64,000 bases of DNA from Promethearchaeota archaeon. GTDB lineage: Archaea; Asgardarchaeota; Lokiarchaeia; Sigyniarchaeales; SOKP01. A program made the position numbers and the translations under genes. Numbering within the stretch: the stretch's first letter is position 1; each line of letters opens with the position of its first letter. The DNA lies in contig JAHPZA010000004.1 in NCBI GenBank assembly GCA_019058445.1, positions 418,184 through 482,183 of the forward strand, in the 5' to 3' direction. The notes beneath the pieces were generated by a model that saw only the letters and a program-made list of their open reading frames with translations, did not search any database and was not told where the DNA came from. This document shows positions 40,538 to 50,051 of this stretch, piece by piece.

Positions 40538-41704
40538 ATGCCATCAATAGCTCATTTGGTAATGGGAGGAATTATAGGGATTTGCTTGTATTATATTAGC
40601 GATAAAAAATTTTCGAAAACTCATGTGTTTATTCTATTTTTAGGAAATTATGTGGGACCAGATGTAGGATGGGTTCTAGGAATAGGGCGTTTTAGCCATT
40701 CCCTCGTGTTTTGGCCCGTTTTTGCGATTGGTTTAGCATATGTCTATCATTATTTTACCAGATTTACACTTAGAATTAATGGGATTAAAGACATTGAGAT
40801 TATTGATTTAGAACACTATAAACTTGATTATTTAAACACATACTTCTTAGTATTAGCTGGCGGTATTATGCATCTCTATTTGGATGGTATTATGAATAAA
40901 CAAGGTGAATTCCGTATTATCCCTCAAATGTCTTTCAATTCTGAAGAATATACATGGTTGTTAGAAGATTTTGTAAATTTTGGGTATTATGGCGTTATTC
41001 GGAGTAATTTATTAATTTCAATAATTATAGGAATCTCCTTGATTTTCGGATTTGTATTCGTTTTTATCTGGTTTTTAAAAAGAAATTCCAAAATAACAGG
41101 TTTAATTGTCACTTCCTATATAATCATATTCTTGATCTTTTTTTACCTAGTAGGCTCAATTTCCACAATGTTCCATCCCGATGGAGGAGCAATAATATAT
41201 GTCGCTATTTTTTGGGGAACACCAATGATATTATGTGTTTTATCAACTAAAGATTTCAGCATTCCGCAAGAAGAAAAACAAGAAAAAACAGAAAAAAGAG
41301 TAAGAGCCACTAATAAGGGAAAGCTAAAATTGGAATTCATAATTATATGGTTGCTTTTTTTGGGAGTAGTCACTCTAATTTTCTCAATATATGGCATTAT
41401 CTATAACAAGGAGATTTTAAATAGAATTTTTTCGAATTACGGTGACAGCATTTCAGAATACTTTACTTATAATGAAGTTCATTCCCTAATTATTGCTATA
41501 TCCATTTTCCATTTAATTGTAGCGATGTTTAGCTTTATCTGCGGTATCGGTCTCCTATTTAAAAACGAGAGTATATGGAAGTTCACCGTATATTATCATC
41601 TCGCCTTCTCTTGGACGGTAATAGGATTAGTCATAGCATGTGCATTGAATGAGAAATCTGTAAAAAAACGGATTTTTTCTAAACAGCTTCAATTTTTAGA
41701 ATAG
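40538..41704 (+). CDS. Membrane-bound metal-dependent hydrolase-like protein (YdjM-like)
   Basis: N-terminal H, PD, HS, HLYLD motifs; many TM helices. Confidence 0.7.
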   Translation: MPSIAHLVMGGIIGICLYYISDKKFSKTHVFILFLGNYVGPDVGWVLGIGRFSHSLVFWPVFAIGLAYVYHYFTRFTLRINGIKDIEIIDLEHYKLDYLNTYFLVLAGGIMHLYLDGIMNKQGEFRIIPQMSFNSEEYTWLLEDFVNFGYYGVIRSNLLISIIIGISLIFGFVFVFIWFLKRNSKITGLIVTSYIIIFLIFFYLVGSISTMFHPDGGAIIYVAIFWGTPMILCVLSTKDFSIPQEEKQEKTEKRVRATNKGKLKLEFIIIWLLFLGVVTLIFSIYGIIYNKEILNRIFSNYGDSISEYFTYNEVHSLIIAISIFHLIVAMFSFICGIGLLFKNESIWKFTVYYHLAFSWTVIGLVIACALNEKSVKKRIFSKQLQFLE

Positions 41705-42602
41705 GTTTAATCATTTCCTTAAGAATTTCTTCTGATTCTGCCCAAAGGTAAAAAATTTTCTCTTTAATCGGTAAAATAACTGCTTTTCCGATTTCATAAT
41801 ACTGATTTTTTCTCTCATATTCTTTAATTTCAATCACGATTTCAGTGAAATACTCTGAATTTTCCAGATCCTTTATTTTAATGAGCATGTTAAAACAATG
41901 AAGCTGCTTTTCAAAAACATTTAACTTATCGTCAGTCAGTTGGAACTGCTTAATGTCAAAAAAATATGATTTCATCTCTTTAGTTTTACGTTTAAGCCCC
42001 TGTTTAAAAAATTCTAAGGCATTAATATCCCGTTCGATATCATAATCAAAAATGAATAGATGAAAACTACAATCCTTTAAAAATCTCGCGTGTGGGGCGT
42101 GAAGCAAACAATCGTATGCTTGATAGTTAAACATCGCTAATTCTTTTCTTTCAATATACGACTGAATCCACCAGCCTCTATCTACTAATGGTTTGAAATA
42201 ATCTTTTAATTTAGAAGCTATATCATCTAAATTCACTTCAATTCCTTTTTTAAAAATAGTATGTAAAGATTTAGAATGAGTTTCTTTAACTTGCAGTAGG
42301 TTTTCAATCTCAGTTTTTTTTCGTTGAATGAGATGATCAAGAAACTTTACTGGATCTATAGCAATAAAGATCGTTGCATTTTTAGATTTTTCAGCTTGAC
42401 CGCCCTCCTTAATACATCCTATCTCAATCAGATCGCTTAAAATGGGGTATATATTTGTTCGTTTTATATCTAACGCATGATCTAATTCCCTTACAATACT
42501 TCCTTTCGTGCCAGCTTTTAGTAAAGCTAAATAGACAAGTGCTTGATTTCGTGTAAATCCAATATCTTTCAATAATTCAATAATTTCGTTTTCTTTTACC
42601 AT
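41679..42602 (-). CDS. TrmB-family HTH transcriptional regulator
   Basis: LKDIGFTRNQALVYLALL...RTNIYPILSDL...G...AIDP. Confidence 0.85.
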   Translation of the reverse strand: MVKENEIIELLKDIGFTRNQALVYLALLKAGTKGSIVRELDHALDIKRTNIYPILSDLIEIGCIKEGGQAEKSKNATIFIAIDPVKFLDHLIQRKKTEIENLLQVKETHSKSLHTIFKKGIEVNLDDIASKLKDYFKPLVDRGWWIQSYIERKELAMFNYQAYDCLLHAPHARFLKDCSFHLFIFDYDIERDINALEFFKQGLKRKTKEMKSYFFDIKQFQLTDDKLNVFEKQLHCFNMLIKIKDLENSEYFTEIVIEIKEYERKNQYYEIGKAVILPIKEKIFYLWAESEEILKEMIKPILKIEAV

Positions 42603-42722
42603 GATTACTTAATTTATTCATTTGTATATGTGTATATATACACAAATAAATTTAAATTATTTGAATTATAGTTTTAACTTACAAAGAGTTAATATTAATT
42701 TAATAAGTTCAAGCAAGCTGAA

Positions 42723-43610
42723 TTGAGTATGAATGAAATTTTAATAGAAAATTTAGGATTTGGAAAATACCACGGATTAGGGAATGATTACATAATAATA
42801 AATGATATTGAATTAGATATTCCTGAAGAAAAAAAGAGTCTTTTAGCAAAAAAATTATGCGAAGTCCATTTTTCTATTGGAGCCGATGGCTTAATATTTG
42901 TGTGTAATTCGGATAAAGCTGATATTCGAATGAGAATATTCAATGATGATGGTTCTGAAGCTGAAATGTGCGGAAACGGAATAAGATGTTTCTGTAAATA
43001 TATATATGAAAATAATATTGTAAAAAAGCAAAAAATCAATATTGAAACGTTAAAAGGTATTATGATTGGAGATTTAACGATTAATGATGATAAAGTAGAG
43101 GCTGTTAAAATTAATATGGGAGCTCCTTTACTTCAATGTGACGATATACCAGTGATTTCAACTAAAAATTCGGACAAATGTATAGAGGAGTCTATTGAGA
43201 TTTTGGATAAAAAATTCCAATTTACTGCTGTATCCATGGGAAATCCACATGCTATTATATTCGTGGAAAACCAGCTTGATGATAATGATTTAAATAAATA
43301 TGGTTCTGCTATAGAGCCTCATAAACGATTTCCAAAAAAAGTAAATGTGGAGTTTGTTAAAATAATTTCAAAAAATGAGGCAGTTCTCCGGGTTTATGAG
43401 CGAGGTGTGGGAGTAACTAAATCATGTGGAACGGGTACATGTGCCGCAGTTGTTGCAGGAACTTTACTTAATAAATTTGAAGAAAATTCACCCATAGTCG
43501 TTCATAATGACGGAGGAGATCTGATAATTACCTATACCGGAGAAACTGTTTTCATGGAAGGTCCGATAATAAAATCATTTGAAGGAGTTATAGATTTTAT
43601 AAAAATATAA
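42723..43610 (+). CDS. dapF: Diaminopimelate epimerase
   Basis: KYHGLGNDY, EMCGNGIRC, SMGNPH, ERGVG.T.SCGTG. Confidence 0.96.
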   Translation: MSMNEILIENLGFGKYHGLGNDYIIINDIELDIPEEKKSLLAKKLCEVHFSIGADGLIFVCNSDKADIRMRIFNDDGSEAEMCGNGIRCFCKYIYENNIVKKQKINIETLKGIMIGDLTINDDKVEAVKINMGAPLLQCDDIPVISTKNSDKCIEESIEILDKKFQFTAVSMGNPHAIIFVENQLDDNDLNKYGSAIEPHKRFPKKVNVEFVKIISKNEAVLRVYERGVGVTKSCGTGTCAAVVAGTLLNKFEENSPIVVHNDGGDLIITYTGETVFMEGPIIKSFEGVIDFIKI

Positions 43611-43624
43611 TAAAGGATAAAAAA

Positions 43625-44938
43625 ATGTCATATAAAGAATGGTTAAAAAATAAAGATTTAGAGTATCAAAGTGGCGTTCTCCATATTGCGGGGGTAAACA
43701 CTATTGATCTAGCTAAAAAGTTTGGAACACCGGTCTATATACTAAATGAGAGATTGATAAGAGCCCGATATAAAGCTCTTAAGGATATCTTAAATTCTGA
43801 AAATAAAAATAACCAAATTCATTTTGCTGTTAAGGCAAATACAAGTTTATCTATATTAAAAATCCTCTTATCAGAGGGGGCGGGTTTTGATTGTTCCTCT
43901 GTAGGAGAGGTGTTTACTTGTTTAAAAGTAGGGGCAAAACCAGAACAAATTATTTATACAGGAAATATGTTTACTAATGATGATTTTAAATTTGCTGTAG
44001 AACACGATATATTAGTTAATTTAGACTGTGTTAGCCAGTTAAAAAGATTAGCCAGAATTCATGATGAGTTAGGAAAAGAAAAGAAAATGATTTCTTTCAG
44101 AATTAATCCGGAGTTCGGAGCAGGTCACCACGCTCATACTATTACCGCAGGGAAAGAGATTAAATTTGGAATTTTGGATAATCAAGTTATTGAAGCGTAT
44201 TCAAAAGCTAAGGAATATGGTTTCGAACAATTTGGTACTCACATCCACATTGGCTCTGGTATTATTGATCCTCATGACTATGAAAAAGCCATTGAAAAAT
44301 ATCTAGGAATCATAATGAATCTGGCAGATACCTTAGATATTACATTTGATTTTGTTGATTTTGGAGGGGGATTAGGGATACCGTATCGTCCTGAGGAAGA
44401 ACCTTTAGATTTAGTATTATATAAAGAAATTGTTATTAAAAAATCTAAAGAAGCCTTAGAAAAGATGGGAATGGAAAAACTTTCATTTAAAGTTGAGCCA
44501 GGGCGTTATTTATCAGCTGAGGCAAGTATAATTTTAACTCAAATTAATACTATCAAAAATAACGGATATAAATTATTTGCTGGAGTAGACGCCGGTTTCA
44601 ATACCTTAATTCGCCCCACGATGTATGGATCTTATCATCACATCATTTCATGTCTACAAAACGAAGAAAGAGAAGAAATGAAATATGATATTGCCGGACC
44701 TATATGCGAATCCGGAGATATACTTGGGAGGGAAAGAATTTTACACGAGTTAGAGGAAGAAGAATATCTAGCAATATTAGATTCAGGAGCTTATGGTTTT
44801 ATAATGAGTAGCCCTTATAATTCTCGTCCAAGACCTGCGGAAGTTCTGATTAATAATAAAAAATCCTATTTAATCAGAAAAGCAGAAACCTATGATGATC
44901 TCATTCAGCATCAAGTCATTCCAGATCATTTAAAATAA
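43625..44938 (+). CDS. lysA: Diaminopimelate decarboxylase
   Basis: FAVKAN, HIHIGS, DFGGG, EPGR, GPICESGD, GAYG..M.S.YN.RP. Confidence 0.96.
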   Translation: MSYKEWLKNKDLEYQSGVLHIAGVNTIDLAKKFGTPVYILNERLIRARYKALKDILNSENKNNQIHFAVKANTSLSILKILLSEGAGFDCSSVGEVFTCLKVGAKPEQIIYTGNMFTNDDFKFAVEHDILVNLDCVSQLKRLARIHDELGKEKKMISFRINPEFGAGHHAHTITAGKEIKFGILDNQVIEAYSKAKEYGFEQFGTHIHIGSGIIDPHDYEKAIEKYLGIIMNLADTLDITFDFVDFGGGLGIPYRPEEEPLDLVLYKEIVIKKSKEALEKMGMEKLSFKVEPGRYLSAEASIILTQINTIKNNGYKLFAGVDAGFNTLIRPTMYGSYHHIISCLQNEEREEMKYDIAGPICESGDILGRERILHELEEEEYLAILDSGAYGFIMSSPYNSRPRPAEVLINNKKSYLIRKAETYDDLIQHQVIPDHLK

Positions 44939-45057
44939 TTTAAATTCTTTTTACCTGCTTAGTCAATCTAAATTGACATCATCAAGCAGATTTTCACAGA
45001 AATGTAGAAATTCTTAAAAATGATTATGGAAATCTAATACTTAAAAATTATAATTTT

Positions 45058-46194
45058 TTGGTGAGTTCAAATATTTCTTTTGATAAAGATGATGATGAAA
45101 TTTCGATAAAGGAACAAATAAAAAGATTAGTCATAAAGAACATGTATGGGTTCCAAACCGTTATTTTATATGGCTTGGGAAGACGTTTAGAAATTTTTGA
45201 TTACTTATACAATAAGAGTAAATATTTATCGGATAAAGATGAGGTTTCCATTATATCCTTTACACCTAAGGAATTATCTGAAAAATTATATTTGGATGAA
45301 AACTATTTAGATGCTTGGCTACACATGGCACTTGAATGCGGTATATTTGAAATAGATGATCCTGTCAAGAAAACTTTGAAAACCGGACCACATATATATG
45401 AGTTATTAATCAATCAAGATCACACCTTCTATGTTGGAAATATGATTTCGATGTTTTATTACATGGCACCATATAGTGAATTTATTTATAATAATTTTAA
45501 AACTGGAAAGATCGAAAATATTTTTGAATTTCCCGAAGAGATGAAAAAAGATGGTCATAGAATTGGTGCAAGACAGGCAACTTTTACTGAAAAACTATTT
45601 TCAAATCAGTATAAAGAGTTTAATAAAAGATTAAAAAAGAGTGGAATCATTCTTGATGTGGGATGCGGTTATGGTTTTAGTCTCGAATATTGGGCTAAAA
45701 AATACAAAAAGGCAAGATTTATAGCAATTGATATCAATCACAAAGCAGTTACATTCACAAAAGAATTAGTGGAACGAAATGGTTGGAGTAATAGAATTCG
45801 AATCTTTAATATCTCAATAGATGAATTTGCTCATACTTCTGATGTTAAATTTGATCTTATATTGTTAACCGATACTCTTCATGAAATGGATCCCGATGAA
45901 GAATACAGAAGAAAAGCTTTAGAGGATCTTTATATATTGTTAAAGGATGATGGGATTTTATTAGTTAGAGAAAGCATGATTTCTGACATATTTGCTCCAA
46001 AAAAAGAGTTTCAACTTTTTGATGTAATGCACAAATGGCTTGGAGTCGTATTTGGTTCTCGTTTTTATGATGAAGAGAGTTTTAAGAAATTAATTAATTC
46101 AACCTCCTTTAAAAGTGCTGAATTTATAAAAAAAGGTGGTGAGTATTTTTGGGCAATTAAGAAAGAAACACATGAAACTCATCTGTTAGTTTAA
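45058..46194 (+). CDS. Class I SAM-dependent methyltransferase with N-terminal wHTH
   Basis: ILDVGCGYG, IAIDIN, FDLI....LHE, LKDDG. Confidence 0.88.
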   Translation: MVSSNISFDKDDDEISIKEQIKRLVIKNMYGFQTVILYGLGRRLEIFDYLYNKSKYLSDKDEVSIISFTPKELSEKLYLDENYLDAWLHMALECGIFEIDDPVKKTLKTGPHIYELLINQDHTFYVGNMISMFYYMAPYSEFIYNNFKTGKIENIFEFPEEMKKDGHRIGARQATFTEKLFSNQYKEFNKRLKKSGIILDVGCGYGFSLEYWAKKYKKARFIAIDINHKAVTFTKELVERNGWSNRIRIFNISIDEFAHTSDVKFDLILLTDTLHEMDPDEEYRRKALEDLYILLKDDGILLVRESMISDIFAPKKEFQLFDVMHKWLGVVFGSRFYDEESFKKLINSTSFKSAEFIKKGGEYFWAIKKETHETHLLV

Positions 46195-46436
46195 TTAATT
46201 TGTTTCCTAAGTTTTATTTAAGAAGATTCATCCTTAATCGTTAAAAAAGAATAAATAAATTAGAATCCACTTGTTGATGTGGGAAATAGAAAATGGAAAG
46301 GTCGATGTGTCCATCTATGGACCAATGAACCAAATGTTTTTAATGATCTTCCTCAAGAATTCATTGATAATATCCCAGATTCTACTAAAAAAATCCTTAG
46401 AGAAAGAAATGTTCAAATTTAAGATAAAAGATACTA

Positions 46437-46468
46437 ATCATCCCCAATCACTTAACATAATTCAAATT
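46437..46468 (+). repeat. Degenerate copy of the lysA 3' end (IIPNHLT* vs VIPDHLK*)
   Basis: 25/32 nt identical to 44915-44946, including the stop codon and downstream bases. Confidence 0.5.
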
Positions 46469-46737
46469 AGTGTTCTTTTCCGTAAAAATTAAATTTTTTG
46501 ACTTTCTTTTTTATATTGAGATAAAATTATAAGAATGAGACATTTAAGGCTTGGATACCCTTTAATTGATCTCGATGAAGAGTTGGCGTTATGAAATCTT
46601 AACGAAGATTGATGATAATACAGATCTGCTCTGATATTTTTTATAATTTTATCTTATAATTCCTTATTTTCAATAAATAAAAAATAAATAAGAATTGAAA
46701 TATTAAAATAAATCTGTTTCTAAAAGAAATAAAATAT

Positions 46738-47568
46738 TTATAGATCTAAAACTTCACGAGTACTGTATATCTTATTCTCTTGAGCGTTTGCAATAAATTT
46801 AATAGCTGTTATAGCTCCGCTTGCAAAACAATTCCTACTATGAGCTTGATGTTTAAATTCAATTCTTTCTCCTGGGCCTGCATATAATACAATATGATCA
46901 CCAACGATATCACCTGCTCTTATTGAATGAACTCCAATTTCATTTTTAGCACCGACCGCTCTCTTATTTGGGCCAAGAGATCTGCCAAATTTAGCTACTT
47001 CATTAAAGTCTGTACCTAATGTATCAGCTATAATCTGTCCAATAGTCAAACATGTCCCACTTGGCGCATCGACTTTGCGATGGTGATGAGTCTCCAGAAT
47101 TTCTATATCCCAATCTTCTAAATATGCCGTTAAAATTGAGACCATTTTAAAAAAGATGTTCACTCCAGTGGCCATATTTGATGATATTACTGCCGGAGAT
47201 TCATTTTCTACAATTTGTTTTTCAAATTCGTCTAAAAATTCCTGAGTTAGGGCTGTGGTACCAATAATACACCTAATTCTATTTTTTACACAAATCATAC
47301 AATTTTTTTCTGTAGCCTTAGCTATGGAAAAATCAACAGCTACATCGGGAGCTGTATCGCTAATAATTTTTTGAAGATCCTTAATATCACTAATTTTTAA
47401 TTTGTCGGGATCAATAGTACCCGCTAAGTTTTCAAGGGGTTGTCCGATATTACTTACATCGCATGCAGCAACCACTTGAATTTCCTTATCTTCTACGGCT
47501 AATTTACTAATTAATCGTCCCATGGAGCCACTTGCTCCTAGTATTAACAATTTTATCAAAATCATCAC
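46738..47568 (-). CDS. dapB: 4-hydroxy-tetrahydrodipicolinate reductase
   Basis: GASGSMG, DFS, IGTT, ETHHHRKVDAPSGT, RAGDIVGDH. Confidence 0.96.
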   Translation of the reverse strand: MMILIKLLILGASGSMGRLISKLAVEDKEIQVVAACDVSNIGQPLENLAGTIDPDKLKISDIKDLQKIISDTAPDVAVDFSIAKATEKNCMICVKNRIRCIIGTTALTQEFLDEFEKQIVENESPAVISSNMATGVNIFFKMVSILTAYLEDWDIEILETHHHRKVDAPSGTCLTIGQIIADTLGTDFNEVAKFGRSLGPNKRAVGAKNEIGVHSIRAGDIVGDHIVLYAGPGERIEFKHQAHSRNCFASGAITAIKFIANAQENKIYSTREVLDL

Positions 47569-47585
47569 CCAAATAAAAATATTAA

Positions 47586-48500
47586 TTATAATAATTTTAA
47601 ACTTTCTAGTACAGTTTTGATTTTTGTCTGATTTTGTTCTAATGGTGGTGTCATTGGTAACCTCAAGCGTTTATTCATAATTCCCATTAATTCTGCTGCA
47701 TATTTCACTGGACCGGGATTAGTCTCAATAAATAACACGTTGAAAAGTTCATAAAGTTCTAATTGCATTTGCCTAGCTTTATCCCAATCTCCTGCATTCA
47801 TTGTTTTAGTAAATTCGAATATTTTCGCAGGAACGATATTTGAAGCAACGCTGATAACTCCTACGCCACCTAATGCCATAAGATGATAAGTCATACTATC
47901 ATCTCCGCTTAATACGATGAAATCATCTGGGGTTTTTTTAATTATTTGAGTGATTTGATCTAAGTTACCACTTGCTTCTTTAATTCCAACTATATTATCT
48001 TTTTTATTCGCCAAAGTTGCAACTGTGTCGGGATCTATATTCCGTACGGTACGGCTTGGTACATTATATATTATTATGGGAAACGAAACAGCATCCGCGA
48101 TGGCCGAATAATGATCAATTAAAGAATGTTGAACTGGCTTATTATAATAGGGAACAACAATAAGGCAACCGTCGGCACCCGCTTTCTCAGCATACTGGGA
48201 TAGTGAGATAGCCTCTTTGGTGGAATTACTACCAGTTCCTGCTAACACAAATGGATCCTTACCACTCTTTTTTGCCTCATCAACAGTAATATCTATTGCA
48301 TAATGGTGTTCCTCATGAGATAGGGTTGCACTCTCTCCAGTTGTTCCCATGGTTAAGGGCTGGCAACCGTTCTCTATCTGGAACCGTATGAACTCGCGAT
48401 ATTTGTCTTCATCAATACTAAGATCTTCATGAAACGGTGTAATCATAGCGGTTATAACATTTTTCAATTTATCCAGTTTTGACATAACGATCTCAACCAA
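47586..48500 (-). CDS. dapA: 4-hydroxy-tetrahydrodipicolinate synthase
   Basis: GTTGES, PYYNKP, YNVPSRT, GIKEASG, SGDD, ETNPGPVK; likely start ATG 48485. Confidence 0.96.
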   Translation of the reverse strand: MVEIVMSKLDKLKNVITAMITPFHEDLSIDEDKYREFIRFQIENGCQPLTMGTTGESATLSHEEHHYAIDITVDEAKKSGKDPFVLAGTGSNSTKEAISLSQYAEKAGADGCLIVVPYYNKPVQHSLIDHYSAIADAVSFPIIIYNVPSRTVRNIDPDTVATLANKKDNIVGIKEASGNLDQITQIIKKTPDDFIVLSGDDSMTYHLMALGGVGVISVASNIVPAKIFEFTKTMNAGDWDKARQMQLELYELFNVLFIETNPGPVKYAAELMGIMNKRLRLPMTPPLEQNQTKIKTVLESLKLL

Positions 48501-48599
48501 TTAAATTTAATCTGTTGATTAACATATTATTTGTATAGAATCCTTTATAAGCCTTATTAAAAATCTTATAAAAGAGAATGAAAATAATATAAAGGAATT

Positions 48600-49835
48600 T
48601 TATTTCTTTTCTTCTTTCAATTTTTTTTTTATTAAAAAGCCCATTTTGCTCTGTAAGCCGAAAAGAGGTATAAATCCATAACTTAATCTCTGATTGAAGG
48701 TACTATCGGTGTCATATGTTGCCAAATTTAAGTCATATATTCCGTTAGGAGATTCTCTGGCAACGACTTCTGCGCTTCCTTTAAATAGCTTCACTTTCGC
48801 ACTGCCGGTTACCTTTTTATTTACTTCATTTATGAACGCATCTAAGGCATCTTTTAAGGGATCTACCCATAGCCCTTCATAAGCCAATTCAGTCCACCTC
48901 TGATCCACAATCGTTTTGAAAGAATTTTCATTTTTGGTACATACATATTTTTCAATATCTTTGTGAGCTTTAATTAAAATTAATGCAGCAGGAACTTCAT
49001 AAGTTTCTCTGGATTTTAATCCAATAGCACGATCCTCCATATGTTCTATTCTTCCAACTCCATGTTTACATCCAATATTATGTAGTGATCGGATCAATTC
49101 CACTGAATTCATTTTTTCTCCATTTAATCCTACAGGGACCCCCTCTTCAAAATTAATAGTAATATATTCAGGTTCATTAGGTGCTTCTTCGGGAGCAGTA
49201 GTCCATTCCTTAGAATCCTCGGGCGGTTCCACACTTGGATTTTCTAGTATATCACATTCAGCACTTCTTCCAAAAAGATTCTCATCTATGCTATATTTCT
49301 TATATCTGTTGACTGGAATTCCATGTCTCTCTGCATACTTGACTTCCTCATCCCGTCCCATGTTCCATTCAATTAATGGTTGTAGAACCTCGATTTCAGG
49401 AGCATAAGCATTTGCGGTTATATTAATCCTAATTTGATCGTTTCCTTTTCCCGTACAGCCATGAGCTACAACCGAGATTCCCTCTTTTTTAGCAATTTTA
49501 ATAGCTTCAATCGCAATTAGGGGTCTGCCTACAGCAGTGCTTAATGGATAGATACCTTGATATAGCCCATTTGCTTTAATAGTCGGGAAAACATAATCAT
49601 TCACAAATTTTTCCTTACAGTCTATAGTAAAATGTTTTACCGCACCAAGTTTATATGCTTTCTCTTCTATTTCCTTGAATCTGGTAGGATCGGCAAATTC
49701 TTGTCCCAAATCAGCAGTGAATGTATAAACTTCAGCATCATAGGTTTCTTGCAGCCATTTTATCATACAACTAGTATCCAAGCCACCTGAATACATAAGT
49801 AAAATTTTATCGTATCTCTCTTTCTTTGGTCCCAA
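48600..49835 (-). CDS. argG: Argininosuccinate synthase
   Basis: YSGGLDTS, HGCTGKGNDQ, YSIDENL, KSRE.YE.P. Confidence 0.97.
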   Translation of the reverse strand: MGPKKERYDKILLMYSGGLDTSCMIKWLQETYDAEVYTFTADLGQEFADPTRFKEIEEKAYKLGAVKHFTIDCKEKFVNDYVFPTIKANGLYQGIYPLSTAVGRPLIAIEAIKIAKKEGISVVAHGCTGKGNDQIRINITANAYAPEIEVLQPLIEWNMGRDEEVKYAERHGIPVNRYKKYSIDENLFGRSAECDILENPSVEPPEDSKEWTTAPEEAPNEPEYITINFEEGVPVGLNGEKMNSVELIRSLHNIGCKHGVGRIEHMEDRAIGLKSRETYEVPAALILIKAHKDIEKYVCTKNENSFKTIVDQRWTELAYEGLWVDPLKDALDAFINEVNKKVTGSAKVKLFKGSAEVVARESPNGIYDLNLATYDTDSTFNQRLSYGFIPLFGLQSKMGFLIKKKLKEEKK

Positions 49836-50051
49836 ATTGCTAATAATTCCATCACATCTCTTTTTAATAAATAAATAAAGAATAGCTACAATTTATCTTT
49901 TCTTATTATTCTATACTAATCTAAGCTATCCAGAGCTAGAGGTTATAATTTAGATTAGACCAAATCTTAAATACTAATTCGTTTACTTTTTTCTCAAGAA
50001 AATTTTATTATAATATTGTGAGGCCTTACAAAATTAGGGCGGTGGATTTTA

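Noticed and set aside
46271-46492. 73-aa track ORF
   Set aside because: No motif; a different frame looks more protein-like, so the region is treated as a remnant.
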